Of a stretch of 64,000 nucleotides of DNA, positions 36,508 through 47,369 are shown piece after piece. The translations under genes were made by a program, and so were the position numbers. How positions within the stretch are numbered: position 1 is the first letter of the stretch; each line of letters begins with the position of its first letter. Source of the DNA: Cyanophora paradoxa CCMP329 (Eukaryota > Plantae > Glaucophyta); NCBI GenBank assembly GCA_004431415.1, contig QPMI01000392.1, forward strand, positions 1 to 64,000, written 5' to 3'. A model generated the notes under the pieces. That model was not told where the DNA came from, did no database searches, and worked only from the letters and a program-made list of their open reading frames with translations.

Positions 36508-36553
<46 letters not shown>
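36508..36553. repeat. Poly-C tract (~46 nt) between convergent genes
   Basis: Direct observation; similar G tracts at ~28622, ~29514, ~63783. Confidence 0.85.
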
Positions 36554-36554
<1 letters not shown>

Positions 36555-36804
36555 CGCGCGCCCACGCCCGCCCGGCCCTATCCAATGGCTATAGTATTAA
36601 TATTTGTTCGATTCGTGTGCAGCATACATCCTCACTCGCGATCGTGATTTCCAAACAGAAGAATCCAAATTTGAAGGACCGGAGAGAGGAATGCACGACT
36701 CGGTGATACGGAGAAAGGCACATCGGCCAGCGCAGCGGGTGGTACGGTACCGGTGGGTCTAGACTAGATCTAGATCTGCAGGTGCCCTAATCGCCGCGTC
36801 AGGC

Positions 36805-37724
36805 CTAGGCACCGGGAGCGGGGCCGGGGCCGTAGCCCGCGGCCGTGCGCGAGGCCCGCCGCTGAAACTCGCGGACCACGGGGAGCGCCGTGTACAGCGG
36901 GGTGGGGGCGAGGCCCCAGGCGGCGGCCGCGTGCCGCGGGCTGAGTCGCGGGGCCCCCGGCCCGCGGCTGAGGAGCACCGCCGCAGCGGCGACGGTGGCG
37001 GCGCGGATCTGCGGGATCCCGAGCTCGGGGGCCCTGCTCTCCCTGTGCCACCGCTCGGCCAGCGCGAGGGCGTCGGCCGTCTGGGCGCGGGTGCAGCCGA
37101 GGCGGGCCGCCAGCCCGGGCACGTAGAGGGCGGGCCCCACGCCCCCGTCCGTCCCGGGGGCGGGCGCCCCGGGGACCCTGCGGCGCAGCTCCCTGTAGCA
37201 CCGGACGAGGGCGCGGCGCCGCGTGCCCTCGGGGCAGGCCGACTCGAACTCGCAGATCCGGCGCGGGATATGCAGCGAGGTGCACGCCGAGTAGAGGGCC
37301 GCGAGGACCAGGAGCGAGTAGGGCCGCCCGTTGAAGAGTTCGGGCCGGAGCTTGAGCTGCCGCAGCGCCTCGGTCGCGGCGGCGGGGGGCAGGTTCAGCC
37401 GCTCGCAGGCGGAGCGGAGCTCCTCCAGCAGCCGCGGCCGTGCCTCGAGGGCGAGGCTCGTCGGCGAGGGTGGGCGCTTTGGTTTCGGGCGCTGGGCGCC
37501 GGCGGGGGCGGCGACGGCAAAGGCACCGGCGCCCGGGACGGGGGCGGGCCCGGCGCCCCGCGCGCCCGCACCGCCGGCCGGCGGCGCCCCTGGCTCGGGC
37601 TCGCGCTCGGGAGCGGCGGGGGTACAGCCCCGTTGCGCCTCGGGCGCGAGCCCGCCGTCCTCTCCGTCGATATCGTCGAGATCGATGTCCAGGTCGAGGT
37701 CGTCGAGCTCGAGGCTCGAATCGA

Positions 37725-37757
<33 letters not shown>

Positions 37758-37797
37758 TGGGGCCGGCAAAAGCCGGGGCGGGTGAGGCAGGGGCCAT
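36805..37797 (-). CDS. TFIIB-like protein: two cyclin-fold repeats, acidic N-terminus, no Zn ribbon in this ORF
   Basis: ELRSACERLNLP...GRPYSLLVLAALYSAC...IPRRICE...LVRCYREL and second repeat ATVAAAAVLLS match the TFIIB core (compare INLP..KGR..IASACLYIACR..VPRTFKE..IGRCFK..SVAAAAIYMAS); TATAAAGAG at ~37852-37860. Confidence 0.85.
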
Positions 37798-38098
37798 ACT
37801 CCCGGGCTCCTGGTTGGTCCTCGACTGTCAGACCGCCGGCGGGGGCGGCCCCTCTTTATAGCCGGAAAGGGGGCGCGATTCCCGTCGACCGCAAGCCCGG
37901 GGGCTACGGGCCCGAGTTTGATCCTTTTCGTCTCGAATTCCAAATGAAATGAAATCGATTCGCAACTGTCACAATCGCAAATTACCGGAGCTACATCTAG
38001 ATCCGTAGTTACGCATTCTACGTAATTACAACATACGATCTCATCGCGCGGGCGGCTCGGCGGCTCGCGCACGCCTTTGGCCCGCGGCGGCCCCCTGG

Positions 38099-38320
38099 CT
38101 ATAGGCCTCGAGCTCTGCATTCAAAGGGGCTCCCCGAATTCGCGTAGCACATCGTGAGTTCGTACGACGGGCACGACACCAGGGGGGGAAGGGTCGACAC
38201 CACTTCGCCGCAGTCCATGCACGTCGCGGAGCTCTCTTCCGTCTCGCAGACGTTGGCGTGCTCGCATCTCTTGGTCGTCGGGCGACGGGGCGTGCGCGGG
38301 GCGCGATCGAACTTCTCCAT
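38099..38320 (-). CDS. TFIIB-type zinc ribbon (73 aa), stand-alone gene or 5' exon of the TFIIB gene
   Basis: CEH...TCMDCGEVV = C-x-H...CxxCGxV; TATATAA at ~38420-38427 and GGGAATCC/GGAAATTCCC upstream. Confidence 0.7.
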   Translation of the reverse strand: MEKFDRAPRTPRRPTTKRCEHANVCETEESSATCMDCGEVVSTLPPLVSCPSYELTMCYANSGSPFECRARGL

Positions 38321-38420
38321 GTCGTCGGGCGCGATCGCGAGTGCGGGAGAGGGGGGCCGGCCGCGGGGGGAGGACGTGAGCGTCGGCGGTCGAGTGCCAA
38401 ACGAGGCGCGCCGCCATCCT

Positions 38421-39365
38421 TTATATAGGAAATTCCCCGGCCCCGGCCGCCCCGCGCGGGGGTACGGCCGAGGGAATCCGGGCCGCCGAGAGCTCGCCAC
38501 GTGTCGAGGCCGCGCCCGACCTAGATTCCTCTGCGGACCGCTCCTCGTCCCCTCGGTTTTCTCGGTGGCCCCTTCGGTATTCTCGGTGCTCTTCATCTCC
38601 GGGACCCGTGGACGTGCGAGCTCGCTTCGATTTTCCATCGCGGGGACGGGCGGCGGGTCCGGGCCCGCTCCCCACGTCGCCGTCGAGCCCGAGGCCGCCA
38701 CAGCAGCTCGGCCCGCCGTCGGCGCCCTCATCGGCGTCCATTTCTGGCGCCCCCCGAGGCCCCTCGGAGGACCCCTCTTGATCTCGATCTCGATCCGCCG
38801 CGCGCGGCTCCGGCGCCGGCGCCGCCCGCCGCCGGCGGCCCGGCCGGCGCTCCCTGGCCCAGCGAGCGTCCAGGATGCGCAGGAGCTCCTTGAAAGCGTC
38901 CTTGCGCGATGCCACGCCCCCCCCGCGCCTGGCGGTCGCGTCGGAGAGCGCCTTGCTGTCGAAGTAGGCGAGCACGTCCAGCATCTCAAAGTAGGCGTCC
39001 AGGTCGGAGGCGGCCGTCCCGGGCCACTCGCCCCGCGCGGCGGCGTCGATCCGCCGCACGGAGCGCGGTGAAAAGGGGACGTCGACGACGAGCGGGCGCT
39101 CGGGGGTGCCGGCGGCGCCGTCGGAGCACTCGGAGAGGGTCTGCAGGAGCGCGCTCGTCCTCGCGAGGCCGCAGCAGACTTGGACGACCTCGCCCTCTAG
39201 ATCTCCCCCGCCCTCGCCCCCGCCCTCGGCCCCGCCCCCTCTGGCGCTCGGCCTGCAGCGCAGGGCGATGCCGGAAGGCGCGCCGTCGGCACGGCAGGCA
39301 ATGAGAGCCTCGGGCGCCGGTGCGCGCGGCGCCGTCGGCGTCCGACGGTCGTCGGCCGTTGCCAT
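38421..39365 (-). CDS. Skp1/BTB(POZ)-like protein; 3' end uncertain
   Basis: ARTSALLQTLSE...VVDVPFS...YFEMLDVLAYFD resembles the Skp1/ElonginC pattern (A..S..I..M.E / VPLP / LFELILAANYLD); ATG 39365 with TATATA ~39452. Confidence 0.55.
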   Translation of the reverse strand: MATADDRRTPTAPRAPAPEALIACRADGAPSGIALRCRPSARGGGAEGGGEGGGDLEGEVVQVCCGLARTSALLQTLSECSDGAAGTPERPLVVDVPFSPRSVRRIDAAARGEWPGTAASDLDAYFEMLDVLAYFDSKALSDATARRGGGVASRKDAFKELLRILDARWARERRPGRRRRAAPAPEPRAADRDRDQEGSSEGPRGAPEMDADEGADGGPSCCGGLGLDGDVGSGPGPAARPRDGKSKRARTSTGPGDEEHREYRRGHRENRGDEERSAEESRSGAASTRGELSAARIPSAVPPRGAAGAGEFPI

Positions 39366-39449
39366 CTCAAACGCTACCTCTACCCCAGCGGGGTGCACGC
39401 GCGAGCGCGCGAAATTCGTGCTCGATTCCTGGCTCCAACGGCGGTAGGG

Positions 39450-39655
39450 GGTATATACAAAGTCGAAATACCCGTTGGGCCACCTCTGACCGGCCGCGGG
39501 CAGGCGCGGGATTTGAATTCGAACCGGACTAGTACTCTTGCTGCCGCAGTGCCGGCTACCCCCGGCCCCCCGGCCTCCCCCCCCGCGCGTTGGGATTCCC
39601 GGTGCGTCCGACAACGGGAATCCCACGAGCGCGGTCGGCTCCGTCTCTATAAATT
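39450..39655. promoter_or_regulatory. Bidirectional promoter with two GGGAWTCCC boxes (39592-39600, 39616-39624) between divergent TATA boxes
   Basis: TATAAATT at ~39648 (+ gene 39713) and TATATA at ~39452 (- gene 39365). Confidence 0.7.
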
Positions 39656-39712
39656 GGATCGGACCCCGAGCACTTGGACAGTTGATGCGGGTACGGACCG
39701 CGGCCGGCGACG

Positions 39713-40603
39713 ATGAATTTGGAGGATTTGCAACGCGGATACGCCCACGCGATGGCTCGTCTCTCGCATGATCCGGAGGGCCGTCGGTCAGCGGTCGGGC
39801 ACGTGGCCTGGGTCGGCGTGCGCCCCGACACAATCTGCGATCTGCTCAGGTTTTTCTTGCGGGACGCTAGCCCGAATCGCGCTTATTTTAAGCTTCTCCG
39901 ACGTTGCCCCGGCCGCGAGAAAATGGAGGCCTGGCTCCACCAGCTCTCGACCCGGGACTCGAGCGGACGGGATGTCGACCCGGAACGCGACGCGCTGCTC
40001 TCAGAGGTGACCAAGTTCCTTCACGCGAACTGGAAGCACGTCATCTGCCACCCCATCTCCGGCGAGCCCGTCGTCCCGATCGAATTCAAGGGGATCCCCT
40101 TTGGAAGCCGCGCGCGCACCGAGCTGGCACCGCCCACCGCGGTCTCAAGGACCCTGCTCAGCCTCGGGGACAACGATCTCTTGGGGCTCCTCGGAATCGC
40201 CGCCGAGACGACGGAGGTGGACGCTACGGACCTGAGATGGCGCCTCGACGAGCTCCTCCGCACGGTCAACGCATGGAGGCGCTTCCTCCTCTTCAACCCG
40301 ACGTACATTCCGCCCGCTGGCTCTTGCAACTACGAGGATTGCCTCGACCTATGGGACAAGATCTGCAAGATTGTAGATCCGTACACGTACACTCCGTCTG
40401 TGTCATGGACGGCGAAACGAATGGTGCGGCGCCGGCCCGGGGCCCCCGAGGTCTTTGCGAAGAGAAGCCAGTGGGAGGCATACAAGACACGCATACGCCG
40501 GACGATCGAGTGCTACAGTTTTGCCGATCTCTGGTACGAGGGCGCCGGCGTCGCCCTCGCCGCCGGCGCCGGTGCCAAGCGCCAGCGCCCTTGCACGCGG
40601 TAG
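39713..40603 (+). CDS. Hypothetical protein, 296 aa, C-terminal NLS-like KRQR
   Basis: Clean ATG-to-stop ORF of globular composition, preceded by GGGAWTCCC x2 and TATA. Confidence 0.8.
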   Translation: MNLEDLQRGYAHAMARLSHDPEGRRSAVGHVAWVGVRPDTICDLLRFFLRDASPNRAYFKLLRRCPGREKMEAWLHQLSTRDSSGRDVDPERDALLSEVTKFLHANWKHVICHPISGEPVVPIEFKGIPFGSRARTELAPPTAVSRTLLSLGDNDLLGLLGIAAETTEVDATDLRWRLDELLRTVNAWRRFLLFNPTYIPPAGSCNYEDCLDLWDKICKIVDPYTYTPSVSWTAKRMVRRRPGAPEVFAKRSQWEAYKTRIRRTIECYSFADLWYEGAGVALAAGAGAKRQRPCTR

Positions 40604-40969
40604 AGCTAGCTGCATCGACAGATCTACAGCTACAGCTAGCTGTAGACATGTGCGTATATATACGTGAAGTATGGACACGGAATTTGGAATCTGGTTACAA
40701 TATCACGTTATACTCTTGCCGATGCGAAATGTACTCTCGCGTGCACTACCGTATACGTATATAGGCCGCGCCCTGCAGCTGTGCCCAACCCGACCAATGC
40801 AACGCACCCAGCTGCGGGGCAAACTCGCATTCGGATTCGCGAGTGCGGGCCGCCCGGGCGTCGCAGATCTAGATATTCGATATCGACAGCGTAGACGCGC
40901 CTGATTGCTATTATTTCTATCATTCGAAATAGATACATGTAGCGGTAGCTAACGGTACCTGGCATCCGT

Positions 40970-41260
40970 TTAAGACCCTCCCTCGCCCTCGAGCCCACCG
41001 TCGCCGTCGACGACGTTGCCGGCGATGATTCGGTCCTCTTCTTCCATGAATCTGACTCCAAGCTCGACGAGGTGCTCCCACGTCACCGACGCCTCGACTG
41101 CGACCAGATCTTCGAGCGTCTCGTAGTCGACGCCTGCGAGAAAGACCGTCTCTACGTCTTCAGCCCGCGTCGCCGTCGCGCCGGCGCCGTGCATCTCGCT
41201 CAGCTGCGGGCCGGCCGCGGGGCCCGCGAGGGCGATGGGCGTACGCATGCGCGGCGGCAT
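40970..41260 (-). CDS. Small acidic protein (96 aa) with one TWExxVxLxxRFxExxxRI motif; family of 58617-58979
   Basis: SVTWEHLVELGVRFMEEEDRI; CATAAAAGGG ~41326-41335 and GGGATTCCC 41350-41358 upstream. Confidence 0.7.
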   Translation of the reverse strand: MPPRMRTPIALAGPAAGPQLSEMHGAGATATRAEDVETVFLAGVDYETLEDLVAVEASVTWEHLVELGVRFMEEEDRIIAGNVVDGDGGLEGEGGS

Positions 41261-41738
41261 TGCCTCCCTGATTGACGCCTCTTTTCTGCGGAAATGGAGT
41301 CTGACCGGATGGTGCGATGGACCATCCCTTTTATGGGTCTGCCGACGCCGGGATTCCCATGGCCGACCCCCGCGTCGACGCCTGGATTCCCAACGTTGAC
41401 CCCTGCGCCCCCGCGCCAGGTACGTAGACGGTCCTAGTAGGCCTCTGCGCGGGCAACGATCAGAGTTTGATTTCGCACGCATGTTCCCGGGTTTGAGGTT
41501 CTACGGTTTTGTTTGTAATTACAAGCTTCAGATCGAATCATCAACGGTGCATGCACATAGATGTGACACGCGCTATAGCTAGCGCCTGCAATTATCGTTG
41601 CCGGGGCCAAACAGAAACGTTGTACTGTAATTATGATTATAACATGTACCTGCATACCTAGGCATATGCCTCCCTGGACAGAGATCTAGAGATCTAGATA
41701 TGCATGCATATCTAGCTATAGGATCTAGATCCGCGTAA

Positions 41739-41978
41739 TTAGAGCGGCTTGGCGGTGGCGACGAGGATGATCTCGCCCGTCGAGGGCGAGACGGTCAGCT
41801 CGCACTCGACGCGCAGGTTGAGCGCCCGCAGGCCACGGGTGATGAATGGGTCGGAGAGGATATCCTGGCAAAGTCGCTCCATCGACGCGGCCGCCCCCGG
41901 GGGGGCGACGGCGTACATCTTGTCGCCTGTCGTGGTGATCAGGGTGTGGAAGGGGAGGCCGGCGTTCCGGTTGTCCAT
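41739..41978 (-). CDS. Small hypothetical protein (79 aa)
   Basis: Compact ORF with two perfect GGGAATCCC boxes (42048-42056, 42061-42069) ~70-90 bp upstream. Confidence 0.6.
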   Translation of the reverse strand: MDNRNAGLPFHTLITTTGDKMYAVAPPGAAASMERLCQDILSDPFITRGLRALNLRVECELTVSPSTGEIILVATAKPL

Positions 41979-42469
41979 GCTGCGGGTGGCAGGAGCTAGA
42001 GTGAGAAGTCGCCCACCGCCCAGCGCAGTTTTGTGCGCCCATCAATCGGGAATCCCAGGCGGGAATCCCAACAGGTACCGGTGCGGCGCCGTCAACGTTA
42101 ACGTGCTACGGTACCCACGACCTTGAGCTCGATCGCGATATCGATCCGGATCTCGAGCGTGTGGGCACGTGCACCGGCCTCGTGCGCACGTGATGATGCA
42201 TATGATCACCGCGTGTCGAACTCCCACTGATATAATAATATATCCACGTGCTGGCGCGTGCGCCGGCCACTGCGGGGGCTGCGACGTGAATTGAGCGCAA
42301 GCGCTCCTCGTCGCGATCTTATTCGAGTTCCGAATGCGCTTTTTGAACCCGAAACCCTCCGGCGGCCAACGGCGGCCAACCCCCTGTCGATCGGATTTTC
42401 TGGATCTTTGATTGCGTTCAATGTCATGAGTCACAAAATGAATTTAATTTCTGTACATCGACTTGAACA

Positions 42470-42901
42470 CTAGTACTGCCACCACGAGGCTGCATAGCAC
42501 TCGGGCATAGCCACGATAGCTGCAGGCGTGCCACAAAGCGGGCGGGGCGGATCCGAATCGATGTCCCACTCGCGATCGCACGTCCGTGCGCTCCATGAGG
42601 TCTGGAGCTCGCCTTTGCCGGCGCACCCCTCGCCCGCTTCGAATTTCGCCCTCCAAACGGCGTCCACGTCGACGTCGACGTCCGAGCCACGTGCACGCAG
42701 GTCGTCGGGTTTGAATTTGTCGTCTAGATCTCCGAGCAGCGTACACGTGTAGCCATCGGGCCCGAAATTGCCCTGGATGAAGGCCAGCGCGTGCGCCTCG
42801 CCCTCGCGCTCCTCCAGCTCGTTTACCATTTGAAGTTCATCCTCGTATGCGTAGCCCTCGTCCGTGGGCACGAGCGGGGTGAAGCAACGTGCGGTCGACA
42901 T
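42470..42901 (-). CDS. Acidic hypothetical protein (~143 aa)
   Basis: ORF from MSTARC; GGGATTCCC 43007-43015 and GGGAATCCC 43051-43059 upstream. Confidence 0.55.
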   Translation of the reverse strand: MSTARCFTPLVPTDEGYAYEDELQMVNELEEREGEAHALAFIQGNFGPDGYTCTLLGDLDDKFKPDDLRARGSDVDVDVDAVWRAKFEAGEGCAGKGELQTSWSARTCDREWDIDSDPPRPLCGTPAAIVAMPECYAASWWQY

Positions 42902-43275
42902 CCAATTGCAAGATCGATCTCCTCGCGATTTTTCGCGAAACGCAAATGACGCTGCACCTCGGGCCCGCTCCCGTTTTGTGGGCATGGCCATGGGCTGGCG
43001 CGGCGCGGGATTCCCGGCCGCGGCCCGGCCCCCTCTCAAAAACGACCGACGGGAATCCCGGACGCTAATCGGGATCGCGGCTCGGGCTCCCAGGAGGTGC
43101 CGATGGCCGCGGCATTCATATGCATACTCGCTACCTCCGATAGCCTCGTCGTTGCATTGCGTAACAAATCGACACAAGCATTCGAATTCATCACCCGCTT
43201 ACAGCTTTGGAAAATACACTATTCATGCTACGTGGGACGATCCGTCCGGCCGCCGGCCATGGCTATACATAGAAA

Positions 43276-43701
43276 TTATAGAAGCAAGCATGAGGCTTCC
43301 GGCCTCGCTCGTGGGACCGCTTGTTGCGACCCTGCGCGAGCCGTTGCGGTCAGCGATGCTTGTTTCATTTCTGGAGAAACGGGAGGGGGGGACCGGGCGC
43401 GCACCGGGCATCCGCACAAGCTGCAGCACACGCGGCGCTTCTTCACGATCTCCTTTTTGAAAAGTCGTTGGCGGCCGGGGGCGGCGGCGGCGGGACGCCC
43501 GGCCGTGGGCCCGGGCTTGAGCGTGGCCGCGGCCGGCGCCGGCGCCGGCAGGGGAGGCGGGGGCGGCAGGGGCGCGTTTCGCAGAAAGAGCTCCAGGGCG
43601 TCGAGGGCGACGGCGATGGCGGGCGGGCGCGGGGCGGGGCGCCGGGCGCCGGCGCAAGGGGGTGCGGGGGTACGGAGAGCCTTGACGGGCAGCATGTGCA
43701 T
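43276..43701 (-). CDS. Pro/Ala-rich hypothetical protein with KKRR and CSLC motifs
   Basis: GATAAAAGGG at 43741-43750 and GGAATCCC 43767-43774 upstream of the ATG. Confidence 0.45.
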   Translation of the reverse strand: MHMLPVKALRTPAPPCAGARRPAPRPPAIAVALDALELFLRNAPLPPPPPLPAPAPAAATLKPGPTAGRPAAAAPGRQRLFKKEIVKKRRVCCSLCGCPVRARSPPPVSPEMKQASLTATARAGSQQAVPRARPEASCLLL

Positions 43702-44769
43702 CTCGGACGGTGGGGAGTGCCGAAAACGGGGCGGGGCGCTCCCTTTTATCGGCCCCTCCCTGTCCAGGAATCCCGACCGGCCTGGAGAAAAAACGATTCC
43801 AGGATTCCGGAGAAAACAAACTGAACGAGGGCCGGGGGGGCCGGGGCGCGCGCGTGGCACGCGTGGCTCCGAGGCCCCGGACCGATCGCAAACCGCACGC
43901 AGACTTTCAAAGTACGGCGCCCCTGGCCCCGCGGGCCGCCGCCGACCCGGCGCGCTGTGGGCGGCCGCGGCGGCGGCGGGGTGCACGTGGGCCTGCTGCC
44001 GGATCGATATCGGGATTATTATTCGGGAGGATTCGATCCGGAGCCAATGGCAAGGCCAAGGCCGGCGGGCGCGTACCGTTCCGAGTCTCGTAGGCTTAAG
44101 TGGCCGCCGGCTTGGCAGGGTGCGGGCCGCCGCGCGCGCGGGGCGTTTACTGCAAGTACTAGTCGAAGACTCGAGATGCGCGCGCGGATCGGATCTAGAT
44201 CTAGAGCGCACGCGAGGCATATACGTACGCGTACCGGCGCCTGCATACGTACATGTGCGGAGAGCGGGGGGGCGGTACCTGCCGCAGTGCGTGTGCGACG
44301 GCATGCGCAGCGCATGCATATGCGCATGCCCCGCGGCCGGCACATGTACGTATACACGTACATGTACGTATACATGTCGCAGTACGTGGAGATCTCTAGA
44401 TCTAGAGCTAGCGCCAGGCTGTAGGCCGGTCGGGATGCATATGCTTAAAAGCTTGCGAGCTGCAGCTTTCGCTAGCTATAAGCTTAAGAATGGGATGGAT
44501 CAGGACCCCGAGCGGCGGCGCACGAGGTGGGCGCTCCTCCCGAGTCCCGGCCATCGTCGATCGGCATGCACATGGTACCGGTTCGGCCATGGCCACGTGC
44601 ACCTAGGCTGCGCGCGCGCGCGCGGGTCAACAGGTGAGGCTGCCGGTACGCAAGGCATCCAAAAGCGCACGTCACAAGACCCGTGAGCTTGGGATTCGTC
44701 GGCAGAGCCAGGTCGAAACGCCTTGCGATGCGCAACACGGTCGACGTCGACGACGACGTCGTGCGCGTA

Positions 44770-44934
44770 TGCACGCGCACTACGGCGCACGCGAGCGGGG
44801 CGCGCGGGCACCGACGCGAATCTAGGGCTCTACAAGGGCTAGAGAAGGCTCCGGAGGGCCTTTGCGCGGCGTGGCGTGCTGTTGAAATTCGATGGTGCGC
44901 CGGTGCACCATCGAAACGTTGCAAACTGGCCCCC
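44770..44934 (-). other. Conserved palindromic element P, copy 3 (palindrome 44888-44915), inverted relative to copies 1 and 2
   Basis: Reverse complement of the ~60-bp P core, identical to copy 2 over the core. Confidence 0.9.
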
Positions 44935-45879
44935 AAAAAACGCTGTATGCGGGGCGCCCGCGGCCGCCGGTTGCGAGCCGACGGCCTCGTGAGCGCTGGA
45001 GCTCCCGAGTCGCTAGAGGAGCCTGTCCTTCCGACCCGGCGACCTTGGCATGTAGCTCTCGTCCGCGGCCGAGCGGCACCACCGTGGCACGGCCAGCGCG
45101 ACGCCTCTGCGCCGTCCATGTAGCTCCAGGACCAGCTGCGCGTTCCGAGGACCGGCCGGGCGGTTCAGGAGACGCCCCGGCGCGGAGCGCGCCTCGAACA
45201 GGTGCGATGCGCGCGGCTCGCGCCCGCGAGGGCCGGCCGGCGGGATGCCGGCGCCGGTCGTCTAAGCCGAGCGCACCGGGAGCCGGCGCCCCACGCCGGC
45301 CGGCGCCCCGCTCCGCCTAGCTATGGACCGCCGCCGCGCCGCGGCCGCGCCGCGCGCACCGCCACACGCATCCGCCGACCAGCCGGGCCGCCCGCGCAAG
45401 CAGAGGGCTCGTTCCGCGCCAGCGCGGGCGGGGCGCTCATCCTCCGGGGCGCAGGGCGGCGGGGCGGCGCCGGGAGCGCAGCGCGCTGGCATGTGCGGGG
45501 GCGAGCAGCTGCAGCGAGCGCGCCCGCGCCCGCGCTGGCGCGGTCCGGGCGCCTCGCTCTCCTGCCGCGCCGCCGGGGCCGCCGCGCCTCGAGCCCGGCT
45601 CGCCAGCCTCGCCCCCCGCAGGGCGCGTCGAGCGAGGCTCGGCCGGCGCGCCTCTTTTCGGCGGCCGCCGTCTCCCGGCGTCGTCGCACGCCCCGGGCGC
45701 GGGCCGCCCCGCGTTGCGCAGCCGCGAGGCGCATCTCGGCTGCAGCGCAGGCCTAGGCGTCGCGGCCGGTCCCTGGTGCGGCTTGCGTACCCCCCGCCCC
45801 TCCTTTTCCCCCCGCCCCCGCCCGGGCCCTGCCGCCGACATCCCCCTCGCTTGTTCGGCGGCGCGTACCCTCTCAATCT

Positions 45880-47305
45880 CGCAGCGCCGGCTCGCAGAAG
45901 GGGCGGCCTGGTCGATTCCGGCTACGGCGTGTGCATCCCCCCCCCAAGCCTCCCGCCCCTCTCCCGCCCCCCCGCCCTCGCTCACCCTGCCCCCCGTGCG
46001 GCCGGCAGCAGCAGGCTCGCGGTAGGGGCGGGCTGGTCGATTCCGGCTACGGCGTGTGTACCCCCCTAAGCCGCCCCCCGCCCCTCCCTTGCCCCCCGCC
46101 CTCGCTCACCCTGCCCCCCCGTGCGGCCGGCAGCAGCTGGCTCGCAGTAGGGGCGGCCTGGTCGATTCCGGCTACGGCGTGTGTACCCCCACTGAGCCTC
46201 CCGTCCCTCCCTCGCCCCCCCGCCCTCGCTCACCCTGCCCCCCGTGCGGCCGGCAGCAGCAGGCTCGCGGTAGGGGCGGCCTGGTCGATTCCGGCTACGG
46301 CGTGTGTACCCCCCTAAGCCGCCCCCCGCCCCTCCCTTGCCCCCCCGCCCTCGCTCACCCTGCCCCCCGTGCGGCCGGCAGCAGCAGGCTCGCGGTAGGG
46401 GCGGGCTGGTCGATTCCGGCTACGGCGTGTGTACCCCCCTAAGCCGCCCCCCGCCCCTCCCTTGCCCCCCGCCCTCGCTCACCCTGCCCCCCGTGCGGCC
46501 GGCAGCAGCTGGCTCGCAGTAGGGGCGGCCTGGTCGATTCCGGCTACGGCGTGTGTACCCCCACTGAGCCTCCCGTCCCTCCCTCGCCCCCCCGCCCTCG
46601 CTCACCCTGCCCCCCGTGCGGCCCGCGGCAGCTGGCTCGCGGTAGGGGCGGGCTGGTCGATTCCGGCTACGGCGTGTGTACCCCCCACTGAGCCTCCCGC
46701 CCCTCCCTTGCCCCCCCGCCCTCGCTCACCCTGCCCCCCGTGCGGCCCGCGGCAGCTGGCTCGCGGTAGGGGCGGGCTGGTCGATTCCGGCTACGGCGTG
46801 TGTACCCCCCACTGAGCCTCCCGCCCCTCCCTTGCCCCCCCGCCCTCGCTCACCCTGCCCCCCGTGCGGCCCGCGGCAGCTGGCTCGCAGTAGGGGCGGG
46901 CTGGTCGATTCCGGCTACGGCGTGTGTACCCCCCACTGAGCCTCCCGCCCCTCCCTTGCCCCCCCGCCCTCGCTCACCCTGTCCCCCGTGCGGCCGGCAG
47001 CAGCTGGCTCGCAGTAGGGGCGGGCTGGTCGATTCCGGCTACGGCGTGTGTACCCCCCATTGAGCCTCCCGTCCCTCCCTTGCCCCCCCGCCCTCGCTCA
47101 CCCTGCCCCCCGTGCGGCCGGCAGCAGCTGGCTCGCAGTAGGGGCGGGCTGGTCGATTCCGGCTACGGCGTGTGTACCCCCCATTGAGCCTCCCGTCCCT
47201 CCCTTGCCCCCCCGCCCTCGCTCACCCTGCCCCCCGTGCGGCCGGCAGCAGCTGGCTCGCAGTAGGGGCGGGCTGGTCGATTCCGGCTACGGCGTGTGTA
47301 CCCCT
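45880..47305 (+). repeat. Hub 4, type-B tandem array (12 units, ~124 bp)
   Basis: Cores every ~124 bp from ~45907 to ~47272. Confidence 0.95.
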
Positions 47306-47369
47306 TAGGCCTCTCGCCCCCCCCTCGTGCACCCCCGCCCTCGCACGCCCTCGCTGCCTCTTCTCTTGA

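Noticed and set aside
39592-39624. GGGAWTCCC as a bona fide NF-kB site
   Set aside because: Similar to kB sites but only 9 bp, and nothing here indicates an NF-kB-bearing host; reported only as an unassigned motif
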